Notes: generated by a model not told the origin, from the sequence alone. 30,802 bases of DNA from a virus (IMGVR_UViG_3300027828_000083:1-30802); one strand, 5' to 3'; numbered from the stretch's first letter, positions 18,128 to 27,410 are shown. Program-made: numbers and translations.

Positions 18128-18610
18128 TCATTTCACCTTGCGTTTGCGTTTTGCTTTGTACTGTGGCGACTTCGCCAACTTCCTGTAATTCCGTGCGGTC
18201 AACTTGGCTTCCTGCCGTCGCTCTTTCAGCGACACCGCTGCGATTTCCTTCAGTTGCCACGCTGCCAGACGATGCTCACGAGTCCCCCGCGTGACCATGT
18301 TGGACTTGTGCTGAGTCGCTGTGATTTTCACCTTCGCCAGAACCGAGTCCCGCAGTTCACCCGTTGCGACGTTTGGCTTCGTGTGCCCGTATTTCCGTTG
18401 CTTCTGTTTCGTGTACTGTGCACTCCGTTTGCGGTATCCGTATCCGCCGCCACCCGGTGAAGTTTCCGGCACGTTTTCGAAGTGTCTCGGAAGCCTGTTA
18501 TCGCGATGACGCTCCATCCATTCGCGGTTCAGTTGACGCAGGATTTTCGCGTGCCCCGCTTTGGTCACACCTTCCCGAGTCAGCGTTGAGCCAATGACAA
18601 CAACCATCAC
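18128..18610 (-). CDS. Neck/tail-completion protein (virion morphogenesis-like)
   Basis: Basic 160 aa; YTKQKQRK...PNVATGELRDSV motif typical of Mu gpG/HK97 gp10-like proteins. Confidence 0.65.
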   Translation of the reverse strand: MMVVVIGSTLTREGVTKAGHAKILRQLNREWMERHRDNRLPRHFENVPETSPGGGGYGYRKRSAQYTKQKQRKYGHTKPNVATGELRDSVLAKVKITATQHKSNMVTRGTREHRLAAWQLKEIAAVSLKERRQEAKLTARNYRKLAKSPQYKAKRKRKVK

Positions 18611-19080
18611 CGCAACCAGACTTCAATCCCAAGAATACACATCCACTCAACTCGGCCTTCGTTCGTCTCCGGGTCAATCCTCCCGGGCTTCAACGGCATC
18701 GACAGGTTCTGAAACATCAACTCACCGCTGCCCCTGACGTTGCTGTTGATACCCGCCAGAATCGACGCAAGCTGTTGCCAATACCATCGACCTTCCGTGC
18801 TGTACGTCAGCCGGTTCGCGTCAGGAATCTCCAGCTCTAACCGAGCCTCAATCATCAACGAACCGGCAATCCTGCCCGCTCGCCATTCCCCAGGGAATTC
18901 CGCGATGTCCAGAATGAAACACGGCGACTCTGACCCTGCGGAATCATCAACGCCGTACTCAAAGATACGCTTCGCAGCTTCCGCCGCTGAACTGGTGCCG
19001 GTAATCGTCTGCCACGCTGACAACTCGCTCAGCATGGTTTTCACGTTCTGCACCGCTCCGTCAATGTCGAGAGCCGCCAT
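18607..19080 (-). CDS. Tail terminator-like protein (putative)
   Basis: 157 aa in neck cluster; synteny. Confidence 0.5.
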   Translation of the reverse strand: MAALDIDGAVQNVKTMLSELSAWQTITGTSSAAEAAKRIFEYGVDDSAGSESPCFILDIAEFPGEWRAGRIAGSLMIEARLELEIPDANRLTYSTEGRWYWQQLASILAGINSNVRGSGELMFQNLSMPLKPGRIDPETNEGRVEWMCILGIEVWLR

Positions 19081-19436
19081 CAGATATCACCCGCCGTCCG
19101 AACCCCTCTCGCCTCGCTGGCATATCGCACGCACGAAACCTCACGTGCCCCATGTTCAACAGGCTTCACGGCCAGAACTTCATACCGCTCATTTCGAATC
19201 AGGAACGCGTCACCAGTCGCGACGGTCACGGCATCATCGACCATGACCATCGCTTTGGTTTGGTATCCTCGCCCACGTTCCTTTTCGAACGTCGGCTGTT
19301 CAATCTCCACGATGGCTGACACCGCCTGACGGTTGCCGCTATCGCCCCCGACGTACCGAATGACCTGCTCAGCAAATTCATCGGTATTCAGGAAGACAGA
19401 AGCAACGTCAGACGCAATCAGCTCACGCAGTGTCAT
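19080..19436 (-). CDS. Head-tail joining (head closure) protein
   Basis: MTLRELIASDVASVFLNTDEFAE..GD...I....YEV pattern of gpFII-like proteins. Confidence 0.75.
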   Translation of the reverse strand: MTLRELIASDVASVFLNTDEFAEQVIRYVGGDSGNRQAVSAIVEIEQPTFEKERGRGYQTKAMVMVDDAVTVATGDAFLIRNERYEVLAVKPVEHGAREVSCVRYASEARGVRTAGDI

Positions 19437-20122
19437 CGCTTGCCCCAGACCTTGACGTAATCCAGAGTGAAGCCGTCCGTGTTCGCGTCGGACGTCTTCT
19501 GAATCTGAGCAAACACCTGAAGCGACCCGGTGTAGTTGCTCATGTCGAACGTCGTTCCCGACGCAACGCGAACAAGAGCACCGTTCCCGTCGTCCATGAA
19601 GAACCGCACGTCACTGGTGCCGTTGCTGAAGTCAATCTTCAGCCGCTTGTAAGCGTTGATGAGAGTCTGGCCAGTCGCAACGTCGTTGTTGTCGTTTGTC
19701 CCGTCATCAGTCTCAACAACCACTGCCGTTGTGCTGTCAGCACCGACAACGCGGAACAACGCAGCCTGAGCAATCGAATCAATCGCGTCGTTACGGTCGC
19801 CAGTCAGCCCGATGGCAAAACTGGTTGTCGCATCGGCGGCAGCCTGGTTCATCTTGACCCGGCATTCGAAGCCCTGAATCTTGTCGATGTCGAATTGCAG
19901 CTTGTCACTCTGAAACAGGCAGACGTTCTGAGCTTCTGCCTGCGAATCAAAGTCGAGAGCAACCTCACCGCTCGATGAACCGTCCACGTAAACGTATGTT
20001 GGCGTTCCGGCGGATGAGGTGTCGGCGATGTCCCAATAGTCAACACCCGCCGGGGATGCTGTCAGGGAACCTGCACCGAAGAAGTCGTCACAGAATTCCC
20101 AGTAGTCTTGAATTCCAGCCAT
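19433..20122 (-). CDS. Putative capsid decoration/minor capsid protein
   Basis: 229 aa, beta-sandwich-like (DDFFG... F.LDYVKVW); strong SD TAAGGAG; directly after capsid gene. Confidence 0.55.
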   Translation of the reverse strand: MAGIQDYWEFCDDFFGAGSLTASPAGVDYWDIADTSSAGTPTYVYVDGSSSGEVALDFDSQAEAQNVCLFQSDKLQFDIDKIQGFECRVKMNQAAADATTSFAIGLTGDRNDAIDSIAQAALFRVVGADSTTAVVVETDDGTNDNNDVATGQTLINAYKRLKIDFSNGTSDVRFFMDDGNGALVRVASGTTFDMSNYTGSLQVFAQIQKTSDANTDGFTLDYVKVWGKR

Positions 20123-20167
20123 TTCAAATTCTCCTTAGCTTGTCTTTCTCAAGGTGCAAGCGACCTG

Positions 20168-20221
20168 AAAAGGTGCGGCTGACCACAACGGCCAGCCGCT
20201 ATCAACTCCGCGTTGCCGCGG
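20168..20221 (-). terminator. GCAA hairpin plus terminator-like hairpin after capsid gene
   Basis: CCGCG-GCAA-CGCGG (20221-20208); GCGGCUGGCC-GUUGU-GGUCAGCCGC (20199-20175) followed by ACCUUUUC. Confidence 0.6.
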
Positions 20222-20222
20222 C

Positions 20223-22418
20223 CTACGTGTTGCCCTGATACAGACCGCGGAAGTCGATCGCCTTGGCAGCGAACGTCTGGCGAATCTTGTACTTCAGCGT
20301 ATCCGTGCTGAAACCTTCCTCACGGCTCAGAACTGGTGACTCCTCGCCCTGTAGGAATGTGATTTCAACCGTGTCGACAATGCCAGTGTCAGCAGCCAGA
20401 TACCATGCTGTCGTGCTGTTGCTGGTCAACTGAGCTTCAACCACAACCCGCAGCGGACGCGGTCCGCCTGGGCCGTACAACGCGACGTTGCCGACAGCTT
20501 CTGGAATGACGTTTCCGCCAGTCAGCCGGTACGCTGTGGCGGCAAGGTCCGGCGGAACAATCAGATAAGTCGGCATGATGTTCAGCGGGGTTCCGCTGCC
20601 ACTCAGACCCGTCTGATTCATCATCACAGTGTAGCCCGTGTCCAGCGCTGACTCTGCCAACGCGTTCGTGTCGAGGTTCGCACCGTGGCTCGACGCGTGG
20701 AACAGAGCGATGCTGTCGCTCAGCGTGTCATTTGCGGTCAGGACGTTGTAGCACGTCTTATTGACCTTGCGTCGCATCGCGGAACCCTGCATCTGCGGAA
20801 TTCGCGTGATGGCGTTCAGGTCGTCATTCACCACAGCCTCAAAACTGATGGAGAAAATCGACCCGTGCTTTTCAACGCCGTAGCTTTCTTTCGAATCGCT
20901 GGTCGCCTTCTCCGGGTATTCCATGTTTTCAGGAACAACTTCCGGGTCAGCCAGTTCACCGAAGCGAATCCGGTTCAGGTCCTTGAAGTCCGACGCCGAA
21001 GGAGCCATCCGCACCCACTGGGTGTAGGTTGCCGGAGCCTCGTCGTAACCTGCCAGCAGCGTCTTATTCGCAGCATCAAGCAGGAGGTTGCTGAACGTGC
21101 CGGTAGTGTTGCTCGCCTGGTCGGAACGCTCAACGAATTCACGCTGAGCCATCGCACGTCGAACAATCTCAGTCTTCGGCAGGCCGCTCACACGCTGGCC
21201 AGAACGCTCAAGGAACATGCGGGCAAGGTCCGGCAGCGGAACAAACCGCAGTTCGTCAGCACCGGAATCCGACCGCTTGATTTCCTGCTTGAGTTCCGCG
21301 TTGCGTTCGACGGCTTCCCGTTCCAGTTTGTCAGCCTGAACCCTGTCAGGGTTGATCTGCTTTGTGTCAGCCAGTCGCCGAGTCAGTCCCGACACGGCAG
21401 CGGCATAGAACTTCTCCCGCTCACTGACGCCCGAGTCGATCCGTGGAGGTGCGTTGCCTGTCGGCTTGTCCGCCACCTTGCCAGACTGTTGCCGCTTGAG
21501 AATCTCAAGTGCAGTCCGTTCGGGTGTCCAGTTGTCATCAATCGCCGTGCGGCAGATGTCATCCGCGTCGTGCTGACGGCAGATGTCCGTCACTTCGGTC
21601 ACTCGCTTGCGTTCAGCCGCAACTGCCGCGGCTGTTTCTTCAGTTGCAGCCATTTCTGCTTCATCCTTTTCTTCGGCATCTTCCGTCGAGGTCTGCTCAA
21701 CTTCCGGTGCCTCAACTTCGTCTGAGGTGACAACCGTTGTCGCCTCTTCCTGTGCTTCCGTCGTGGATGTCGTCGCCAGTTCCGTTTCGGCAAAGTCGAT
21801 CATCTCGGCATCCGTCGCGTTCTCGTCCATCCCGCGAGCGACCATCAATTCACGCAGCTTGGCAGCTATCATTTCTTCCCTCATCTCTTCGGGATTTGTG
21901 TAAGCCCGCAACGCGTCACTGATGACCTTCGCCCCGGGATCCTGGCCAGCGACCACCGCCGACCCCTCACGCAACACGCTTGAAACGACGTGCTTCTGTC
22001 CGCCTCTGTATTCACTGGCACGAATCGACGCACCGACCGAAAAGTCAGTCAAGTGACCGTCCTTGTAGTTCTGATATGCCCGTTGACTCTCAGGGTCTGA
22101 GGAAAAGTAGGCTCGCCCGACAAGCTGCCCGTTTCGAACTTCGAGATTGCGAATTGAACCCAGCACAGACCGCACAGAACCCCTGTCGTGAGAGTCCACC
22201 ATCGGCACCTGAGACGGCATCTGCATCCCGTCGAAATGCAGCACTTCATCCAGCACTTCACCGCGCATCAGGTCGTATGTCGGAATCGGGTCTTCCGTGG
22301 CGAGAATCATCGGAATCGACCGATCCTCATCACGAGCATCCGCCCGGTTCAGTTCCGCCGATCGGTACAGATACGGAGCCCCGCTTTTGTCTGCCGGCAG
22401 TTTTCCCTTACGTGCCAT
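20223..22418 (-). CDS. Fused prohead protease / scaffold / major capsid protein
   Basis: N-terminal HK97-type protease (DSHD, FSVG, REGSAV..G.DPGA), acidic linker, C-terminal capsid (FSNLLLDAANKTLL.GY, VVNDDL, LIVPP, IDFRGL). Confidence 0.9.
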   Translation of the reverse strand: MARKGKLPADKSGAPYLYRSAELNRADARDEDRSIPMILATEDPIPTYDLMRGEVLDEVLHFDGMQMPSQVPMVDSHDRGSVRSVLGSIRNLEVRNGQLVGRAYFSSDPESQRAYQNYKDGHLTDFSVGASIRASEYRGGQKHVVSSVLREGSAVVAGQDPGAKVISDALRAYTNPEEMREEMIAAKLRELMVARGMDENATDAEMIDFAETELATTSTTEAQEEATTVVTSDEVEAPEVEQTSTEDAEEKDEAEMAATEETAAAVAAERKRVTEVTDICRQHDADDICRTAIDDNWTPERTALEILKRQQSGKVADKPTGNAPPRIDSGVSEREKFYAAAVSGLTRRLADTKQINPDRVQADKLEREAVERNAELKQEIKRSDSGADELRFVPLPDLARMFLERSGQRVSGLPKTEIVRRAMAQREFVERSDQASNTTGTFSNLLLDAANKTLLAGYDEAPATYTQWVRMAPSASDFKDLNRIRFGELADPEVVPENMEYPEKATSDSKESYGVEKHGSIFSISFEAVVNDDLNAITRIPQMQGSAMRRKVNKTCYNVLTANDTLSDSIALFHASSHGANLDTNALAESALDTGYTVMMNQTGLSGSGTPLNIMPTYLIVPPDLAATAYRLTGGNVIPEAVGNVALYGPGGPRPLRVVVEAQLTSNSTTAWYLAADTGIVDTVEITFLQGEESPVLSREEGFSTDTLKYKIRQTFAAKAIDFRGLYQGNT

Positions 22419-23925
22419 CGTTCATCACCTCTTCCGGTTGTTCCATTGGCTGAGAAGGTGTCAGGCCAAGAGAGTCCTCAAGGTCCCGCTCCCGCTTCCG
22501 CTGTTCCAGCACTTCCCGCACGTCTTTTCCACGCTTGCCAAGCTCGTCAGTCAGCGTCGACAGGTTCGACTGAATCGCTTCGGCAGACGCCTTCTGCTCC
22601 TTGACCGGGTCAACCCATTCCCAACCCGGTGGCTGCCAGATGTGATGCTGCCACTCGTGGTAGTTCGTGAGGTACTCGTTCGGCGTCGGAAATCCGGAAA
22701 GCTGCTCAGTGACCGCGGCATCGAAGAACCGTGACCACACCGGTTCGCACAACTGGTGAATCAGCCAGTCTTGCAACGGGCGGAACTCTCTGCGGTCTTC
22801 CAAGTCGCTCGCGCGGTTGCTGCTGTAATTCGTCTTCGAGTAGTCCCGTGACAACCGCTCGTAACTGAGACCAGTCCCAACAGCCAGGGAACGCAACATC
22901 AACTCAATCCACGCCTGCGAATCGGTGTGACTTCGCCCCGGGTTGATTGTGCTCACGTCTTCACCTGGCATCAGTCGTGCAACCATGCCGGGTTCGATGT
23001 GCTCGAAGGTGTTTCCGTCTGAGTCCACGCTGTCGGAATTCGTGTCGCCGAGTAGTCCACCATCCGCCGCACCGCCCATCGACTTGATGACCGCTGTGAA
23101 ACAGGACGCAATCGCTGAACTCTGCAACTCGTTCTCGACGTACAGACCAAGAGTCCGCAACCATTGCAGCACGCTGGCAAAATCACTGATGCCTCGCGTC
23201 TGCCCGATGCGATGCTGCTTGAACACGTGCAGAAACTGGTCAGCAGGGTATTCCTTCGCCTCGAACCGCCATGAGTTCACAGCGTTCGGGTGATGGTCAT
23301 AGAGCCAGTATGAAACAGGCTCGCCGGCAGCGTTCAACTCGACGCCTCGACGTACTTCATTCCCTGTCGCGGGGTTGATGCCACGGATGAAATGATCGGT
23401 GGCGAATCGGTCCGCCTCAATCATCTCAAGAGCCAACGGGAGAACACGGCTGCGATTGTCCGACCTCACAAACCGAATCAGCACCTCACCCGCCTCGACA
23501 CATTCGCCGTAGGCTAGTTGCTGCAATTCGTAGAACGACAGACGCCCAGTGATGTCTGCCCGCATTTGCCAACGGTGCCACCAGTGCTCAATCCGCCGAT
23601 CCGCTTCCGCCCCGCCCGGTGTCCGTGCCTGTGGCTTGATACCGCAACCGACGACGTTCCGTTTCAGAGCTTTCAAAATGCCCTGAGCGTAAGCGTTATC
23701 ACGAACCAACGCCCGAGCACGTCCGCGAATCGTGTCGGCAGACTGCAACAACTCAAGGTCGGCTGACGTGTTCGGTGTCCGCCAGTGTGCGTTCAGTCGA
23801 TCGGTGCGGCCCGATGCGTAGCTGCGGGTCATCGCCTGTTGATAGACAGACCGTGCGTGTGCCCGCTTCGCTGCTGCGGCAGGCGAAAAGACGCTCACGA
23901 TTCTGTCGATGGCTTCGCCGATCAT
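22408..23925 (-). CDS. Portal protein, lambda family
   Basis: RGRARALVRDNAYA, NVVG.GI, GEV, RIGQTRGIS, GLSYE.LSRDYS.TNYSS.R, WVDPVKE. Confidence 0.95.
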   Translation of the reverse strand: MIGEAIDRIVSVFSPAAAAKRAHARSVYQQAMTRSYASGRTDRLNAHWRTPNTSADLELLQSADTIRGRARALVRDNAYAQGILKALKRNVVGCGIKPQARTPGGAEADRRIEHWWHRWQMRADITGRLSFYELQQLAYGECVEAGEVLIRFVRSDNRSRVLPLALEMIEADRFATDHFIRGINPATGNEVRRGVELNAAGEPVSYWLYDHHPNAVNSWRFEAKEYPADQFLHVFKQHRIGQTRGISDFASVLQWLRTLGLYVENELQSSAIASCFTAVIKSMGGAADGGLLGDTNSDSVDSDGNTFEHIEPGMVARLMPGEDVSTINPGRSHTDSQAWIELMLRSLAVGTGLSYERLSRDYSKTNYSSNRASDLEDRREFRPLQDWLIHQLCEPVWSRFFDAAVTEQLSGFPTPNEYLTNYHEWQHHIWQPPGWEWVDPVKEQKASAEAIQSNLSTLTDELGKRGKDVREVLEQRKRERDLEDSLGLTPSQPMEQPEEVMNDGT

Positions 23926-24143
23926 TCCGCGTTCTTCCTCTTGGCGACGCGGAACAATCCCCCGGCGGATCGACGTGCGGCAATGCCCTCAAGTAATAGG
24001 GCAGCCTGAACCTGCTCCAACGGTTTGCCACGCTTCACGCGACGTCGACCGGGAGCGACTTCGTACTCTTCCACAAGCCCGCCGTCAGTCGACTCGTTTA
24101 GCGACGAGGCAGCGTTTGCTGATGCTGTGCTGTAATCCGCCAT
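23922..24143 (-). CDS. gpW-like head-tail adaptor (putative)
   Basis: 73 aa before portal, VEEYEV..GRRRVKR pattern. Confidence 0.65.
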   Translation of the reverse strand: MADYSTASANAASSLNESTDGGLVEEYEVAPGRRRVKRGKPLEQVQAALLLEGIAARRSAGGLFRVAKRKNAE

Positions 24144-24188
24144 GCGAGCATCATCCGTCAGGATGTGCTGCTGCGGAATGTTAGTTGT

Positions 24189-24578
24189 TTACGTGTCCGA
24201 CATGAATAGTTCCATCACGTGTTCTCGCGCTGTCGCAGCCGCTTCTTCTTCATCCTTCGCCCAGACTTTGAGCATGAAATACTCTGTGTCTTTTTCAAAC
24301 CAGTGAGTCTCAAGGCGGCATTGTGTGAACACGTATTCCTCTGGCGGCTCAGGATCTGACGTGAATCTGTGTCGCACTCGCCCATCGTTCTGCATCACGA
24401 TCGTGTAATGCTTCTGGCCGTCAGGGTACGGAACCGCCAAGTTGATCGCCACCTCCTGGATATCATGACTCTGATAAAACGCCGCCAGTTTTTCAGCACA
24501 CTCACGTTTCGTGAATGCCCCTACTATCACTGGTGAGTCGTAGTCGTCATATGACAGGACAGCATACACGTTCTCCAT
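24189..24578 (-). CDS. Hypothetical protein (moron-like)
   Basis: MENVYAVL..IVGAFTKRECAEK..VWAKDEEEA; AGGAG SD at 24587-24591. ORF track extends to 24626. Confidence 0.7.
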   Translation of the reverse strand: MENVYAVLSYDDYDSPVIVGAFTKRECAEKLAAFYQSHDIQEVAINLAVPYPDGQKHYTIVMQNDGRVRHRFTSDPEPPEEYVFTQCRLETHWFEKDTEYFMLKVWAKDEEEAAATAREHVMELFMSDT

Positions 24579-24615
24579 CGCACCAACTCCTGCAATTGGA
24601 CGCCTGAGAAATGAC

Positions 24616-24667
24616 GCGTGCCACACGGCTCAGGATCACCGCTGTTCGGGAGCTACCCTAGACACGC
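24616..24667 (-). ncRNA. Three-way-junction structured RNA leader
   Basis: P1 GCGUGUC/GGCACGC; UA; P2 GGG-UAGCU-CCC; GAACA; P3 GCGGU-GAUCCUGA-GCCGU. Confidence 0.6.
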
Positions 24668-24682
24668 CACGCAAGTCTCGCA

Positions 24683-25027
24683 CTACTGATTCCGTGGTTC
24701 AACCGTCCACGCAAAGTTCGAACCACAACAACGACACTTCACCCGCTGACGTGTGCCGACGCTACTTTCCATCGTCCCGGTGCTCACCGTATCCGGGCAA
24801 GGTCGCTTCTCGCCGAGGTTGCTGCTGCCACACTCACGACACTTATTCACCAAGTGAGAGTTCTCGGCATGGCAGTCCTGGCATTCACGAGTTTGACACG
24901 AACGGCAGGGAGGTGCCCAGTTGATAGGTGCCGCCGGCCTGTCACTCACCGGTGTCCGCAATTCCCCGTTCTCGTTCGTCACGGGCTTCTGCCGTTTCCG
25001 TCGTCGTGGTTTCGCTGGCTGTGTCAT
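24683..25027 (-). CDS. Multi-CxxC Zn-ribbon protein
   Basis: CRSC, CQDC, CREC, R.RVKCRCCGSNF; ATGA overlap with terL stop. Confidence 0.65.
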   Translation of the reverse strand: MTQPAKPRRRKRQKPVTNENGELRTPVSDRPAAPINWAPPCRSCQTRECQDCHAENSHLVNKCRECGSSNLGEKRPCPDTVSTGTMESSVGTRQRVKCRCCGSNFAWTVEPRNQ

Positions 25028-26922
25028 TGTTTGAGACCCCTGAGCCATCCGCCTGGCCTTTCAATAAAGTTTGGCCGCTTCCGTGATTGCTTGCGACCCG
25101 GGTTGTGTGTCGGTGTTGGGTTTGAGTGTCCCAAAAGTAAACGCCCGACGAATGCGTATCGCTTACAGTCTCGGAAGTCGTTCGGGACCATTGTATCAAT
25201 TCGCTGCCACTCTTCCCGCGGGTTGTTGTGGCTGTCCAGCGATGCGACCAACGCATCGTTCAACACCTGCTCCAGATAGTCCTGATGCTCAATCAATGAC
25301 CCACGAAACAGCGTTGCCTGTCCGCTCGACAACTGCGAGTCAATCCAGTCCTGAGTTGAGTGAGTATCCACCCATGTGACCCACTGCCCAGGGTTGCTGC
25401 TGCGGCTCGTGTTCTGCTTATTGGCGTAGTACCCCGGAAGCCTCTGACCGTAGGAGCCACGGCAGGCACGCACCGGATATCCACGCTTCGTGCATTCGTT
25501 GACAATCTTGTGCACATCCGCAGGGCGGAACCCGCTGTCAATCAGTGCCGCTGAGCACTTCAACTGCCCACCGCCTTCTTGGTCCCACTTACTCTCAATC
25601 AGCTTCTGTACATCCGCTGCTGTCTCACAAATCCCATAGTCAATCGTGTGAGGTCCATGCCCTGTGCCCCACGCTTCCGCCACGTAAACGTAGAATGATT
25701 CCTGCTTGTCAATTCCCAACGTCACAATCGACCTGTCAGCGGGAACAACCAGCCGAGGAACCTTGATGATTGACCGTTCGCCAAGAGACTGCCAGTCGTC
25801 TTTCCGCTTGACAACCTCCCACGTTTCCGCCTTGTCTTCGTTCGTCCACTGCCTCAAGTCCTGCGGGCTCTTGCACTTCCCCAAAAAGTCGTAAGCGATA
25901 TCGCCCCAGCCGTGAAACAGTGCATAGAACACGCTGATTTGTGACCCGTACTCACTGCCCCAGTGCGAAGGCTCGCCACGCAACCAGCTTCGGTCGTCCG
26001 GTGGAAGTTCTCGCGCCATCATCGCCCGCTCATGGTCGACCTCGCAGCCTGCCGGAACCCAGACCCCCGCGTTCATCATCGCCGGTCGGTGAATGTCATC
26101 GATCCGCCCCTCGCATTCTGAGCAGATGTAGTGAGCCGTCTTCCGTGCAAGGTTCCTGTCAGTGTCTCCGTTCGGCTTCCGCTCCCAGTGAATTCCGCCC
26201 GGGCTCTTGCCGTCCCCGAACTGGATGACCTGAAACTTCCCGCAGTGCGGACACGGCACGTGATAGCGATGGTCTGTGGACTGCAACCGCCCACTTTCAA
26301 TCCGACTTCGCCCCTTCTGCCCTGGCGTCGATTCCAGCACGAACTTCCTGTCAGGATACTCAGCACCACGCTTCAGGAATCGCGGAAGCGGGTCACCTTC
26401 AGTTGACGTTGCCTGATGTTCCCATTTGTCAATCTCGTTCGCGTGACCCACGGGAATCGACTTGTCAGCCAGTCGTGACTTTCCACGTGGCCACGCACCA
26501 TGACAGACAGACCGCTGCAACTTGATGATGTGCTTTGCCTGACGATGCGGAATCGGGGCCTGGTCCCTCAAAACCGGGCAGTGCTCAATCATCTTCCACA
26601 GTCGCCCGAAGACGCTCTTGCAGTTCGTCTCATCGGGTGTCGCAAACATCGATTCCCCGGGCCGCTGGTGCATCCGACGCATCAACATTCCAAGACCGAA
26701 GTTCGTCTTGAACATCCTCGCCGCCCATTGCAGCCAGAGCGTTCTGAACTGAATCGAGTCATACGCCCACGCCGGCCCCTGTGGAGCTGTGACCCACGGA
26801 ACTGACTGCTCTGAGAATGCCCGTCCATCGTGAGTGTAGAAATACTGCCGCAACCAGTCCGCCGCCGTGTCTTCCTCAACAGGCGTCAACGCTTCGCGGA
26901 TGATGGATTGCAGGACTGTCAC
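25024..26922 (-). CDS. terL: Terminase large subunit, lambda gpA family
   Basis: ESTP, D.RY.VPCPHCG.FQ, Y.C..C...I, TLGIDKQ, LIDSG, ND..DC..YA; Walker motifs deviant. Confidence 0.93.
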   Translation of the reverse strand: MTVLQSIIREALTPVEEDTAADWLRQYFYTHDGRAFSEQSVPWVTAPQGPAWAYDSIQFRTLWLQWAARMFKTNFGLGMLMRRMHQRPGESMFATPDETNCKSVFGRLWKMIEHCPVLRDQAPIPHRQAKHIIKLQRSVCHGAWPRGKSRLADKSIPVGHANEIDKWEHQATSTEGDPLPRFLKRGAEYPDRKFVLESTPGQKGRSRIESGRLQSTDHRYHVPCPHCGKFQVIQFGDGKSPGGIHWERKPNGDTDRNLARKTAHYICSECEGRIDDIHRPAMMNAGVWVPAGCEVDHERAMMARELPPDDRSWLRGEPSHWGSEYGSQISVFYALFHGWGDIAYDFLGKCKSPQDLRQWTNEDKAETWEVVKRKDDWQSLGERSIIKVPRLVVPADRSIVTLGIDKQESFYVYVAEAWGTGHGPHTIDYGICETAADVQKLIESKWDQEGGGQLKCSAALIDSGFRPADVHKIVNECTKRGYPVRACRGSYGQRLPGYYANKQNTSRSSNPGQWVTWVDTHSTQDWIDSQLSSGQATLFRGSLIEHQDYLEQVLNDALVASLDSHNNPREEWQRIDTMVPNDFRDCKRYAFVGRLLLGHSNPTPTHNPGRKQSRKRPNFIERPGGWLRGLKQ

Positions 26923-27410
26923 GACTTCCCCTCCGCCAATTCCTTGAGGCAGATTCTGGCCTGTTCATCAATCAACGCCTTCACCGGCGCCTTCAACTCA
27001 GCCGGGACCACATTCGCGCATTGCAGTCCGAATCCCTGCATCTTGTTCCGCAGCCTGCCTAGCAACAACGACCATTCCCGCTCAACGTCGCCACGGGACA
27101 AAAGCAAACCCTCTTTGATGTCGTTGGCTATCTGCTTTTCGCGAGCCTGTTCCAACGTCTTCGCCAGCTCAGCACGCTGACGCTCAAGCATCACTTCAGA
27201 CTTGTCAGCCGATTCCGCTACGGCCTTGATATTCTCTTTCCGCCATTTGATGACGGCATCCACAGAGGTTCGAGGACAACCCCGCTTGATGTACTTCTCA
27301 ATCGTCGTGGTCCCGACGCCAACCCCGTCAGCCATCTGCTGAATCGTCAGGTTCCGCGTGCCACGCTTGCCAGTCTTCCGCGTTGTCTTGTTCTTCGTTG
27401 CAACTGCCAT
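26919..27410 (-). CDS. terS: Terminase small subunit (Nu1-like)
   Basis: N-terminal wHTH (QMADGVGVGTTTIEKYIKRGCP..VIKWR), coiled coil, GLLLSRGDVEREW; precedes terL. Confidence 0.85.
   Translation of the reverse strand: MAVATKNKTTRKTGKRGTRNLTIQQMADGVGVGTTTIEKYIKRGCPRTSVDAVIKWRKENIKAVAESADKSEVMLERQRAELAKTLEQAREKQIANDIKEGLLLSRGDVEREWSLLLGRLRNKMQGFGLQCANVVPAELKAPVKALIDEQARICLKELAEGKS

Noticed and set aside
20685-21725. 346-aa plus-strand ORF
   Set aside because: Antisense shadow of the capsid gene in GC-rich DNA; no motifs.
24345-24637. 12-bp direct repeat CGGCTCAGGATC at 24345 and 24626
   Set aside because: A single 12-mer pair is expected by chance in 30 kb; one copy is inside a CDS and they do not flank an element.
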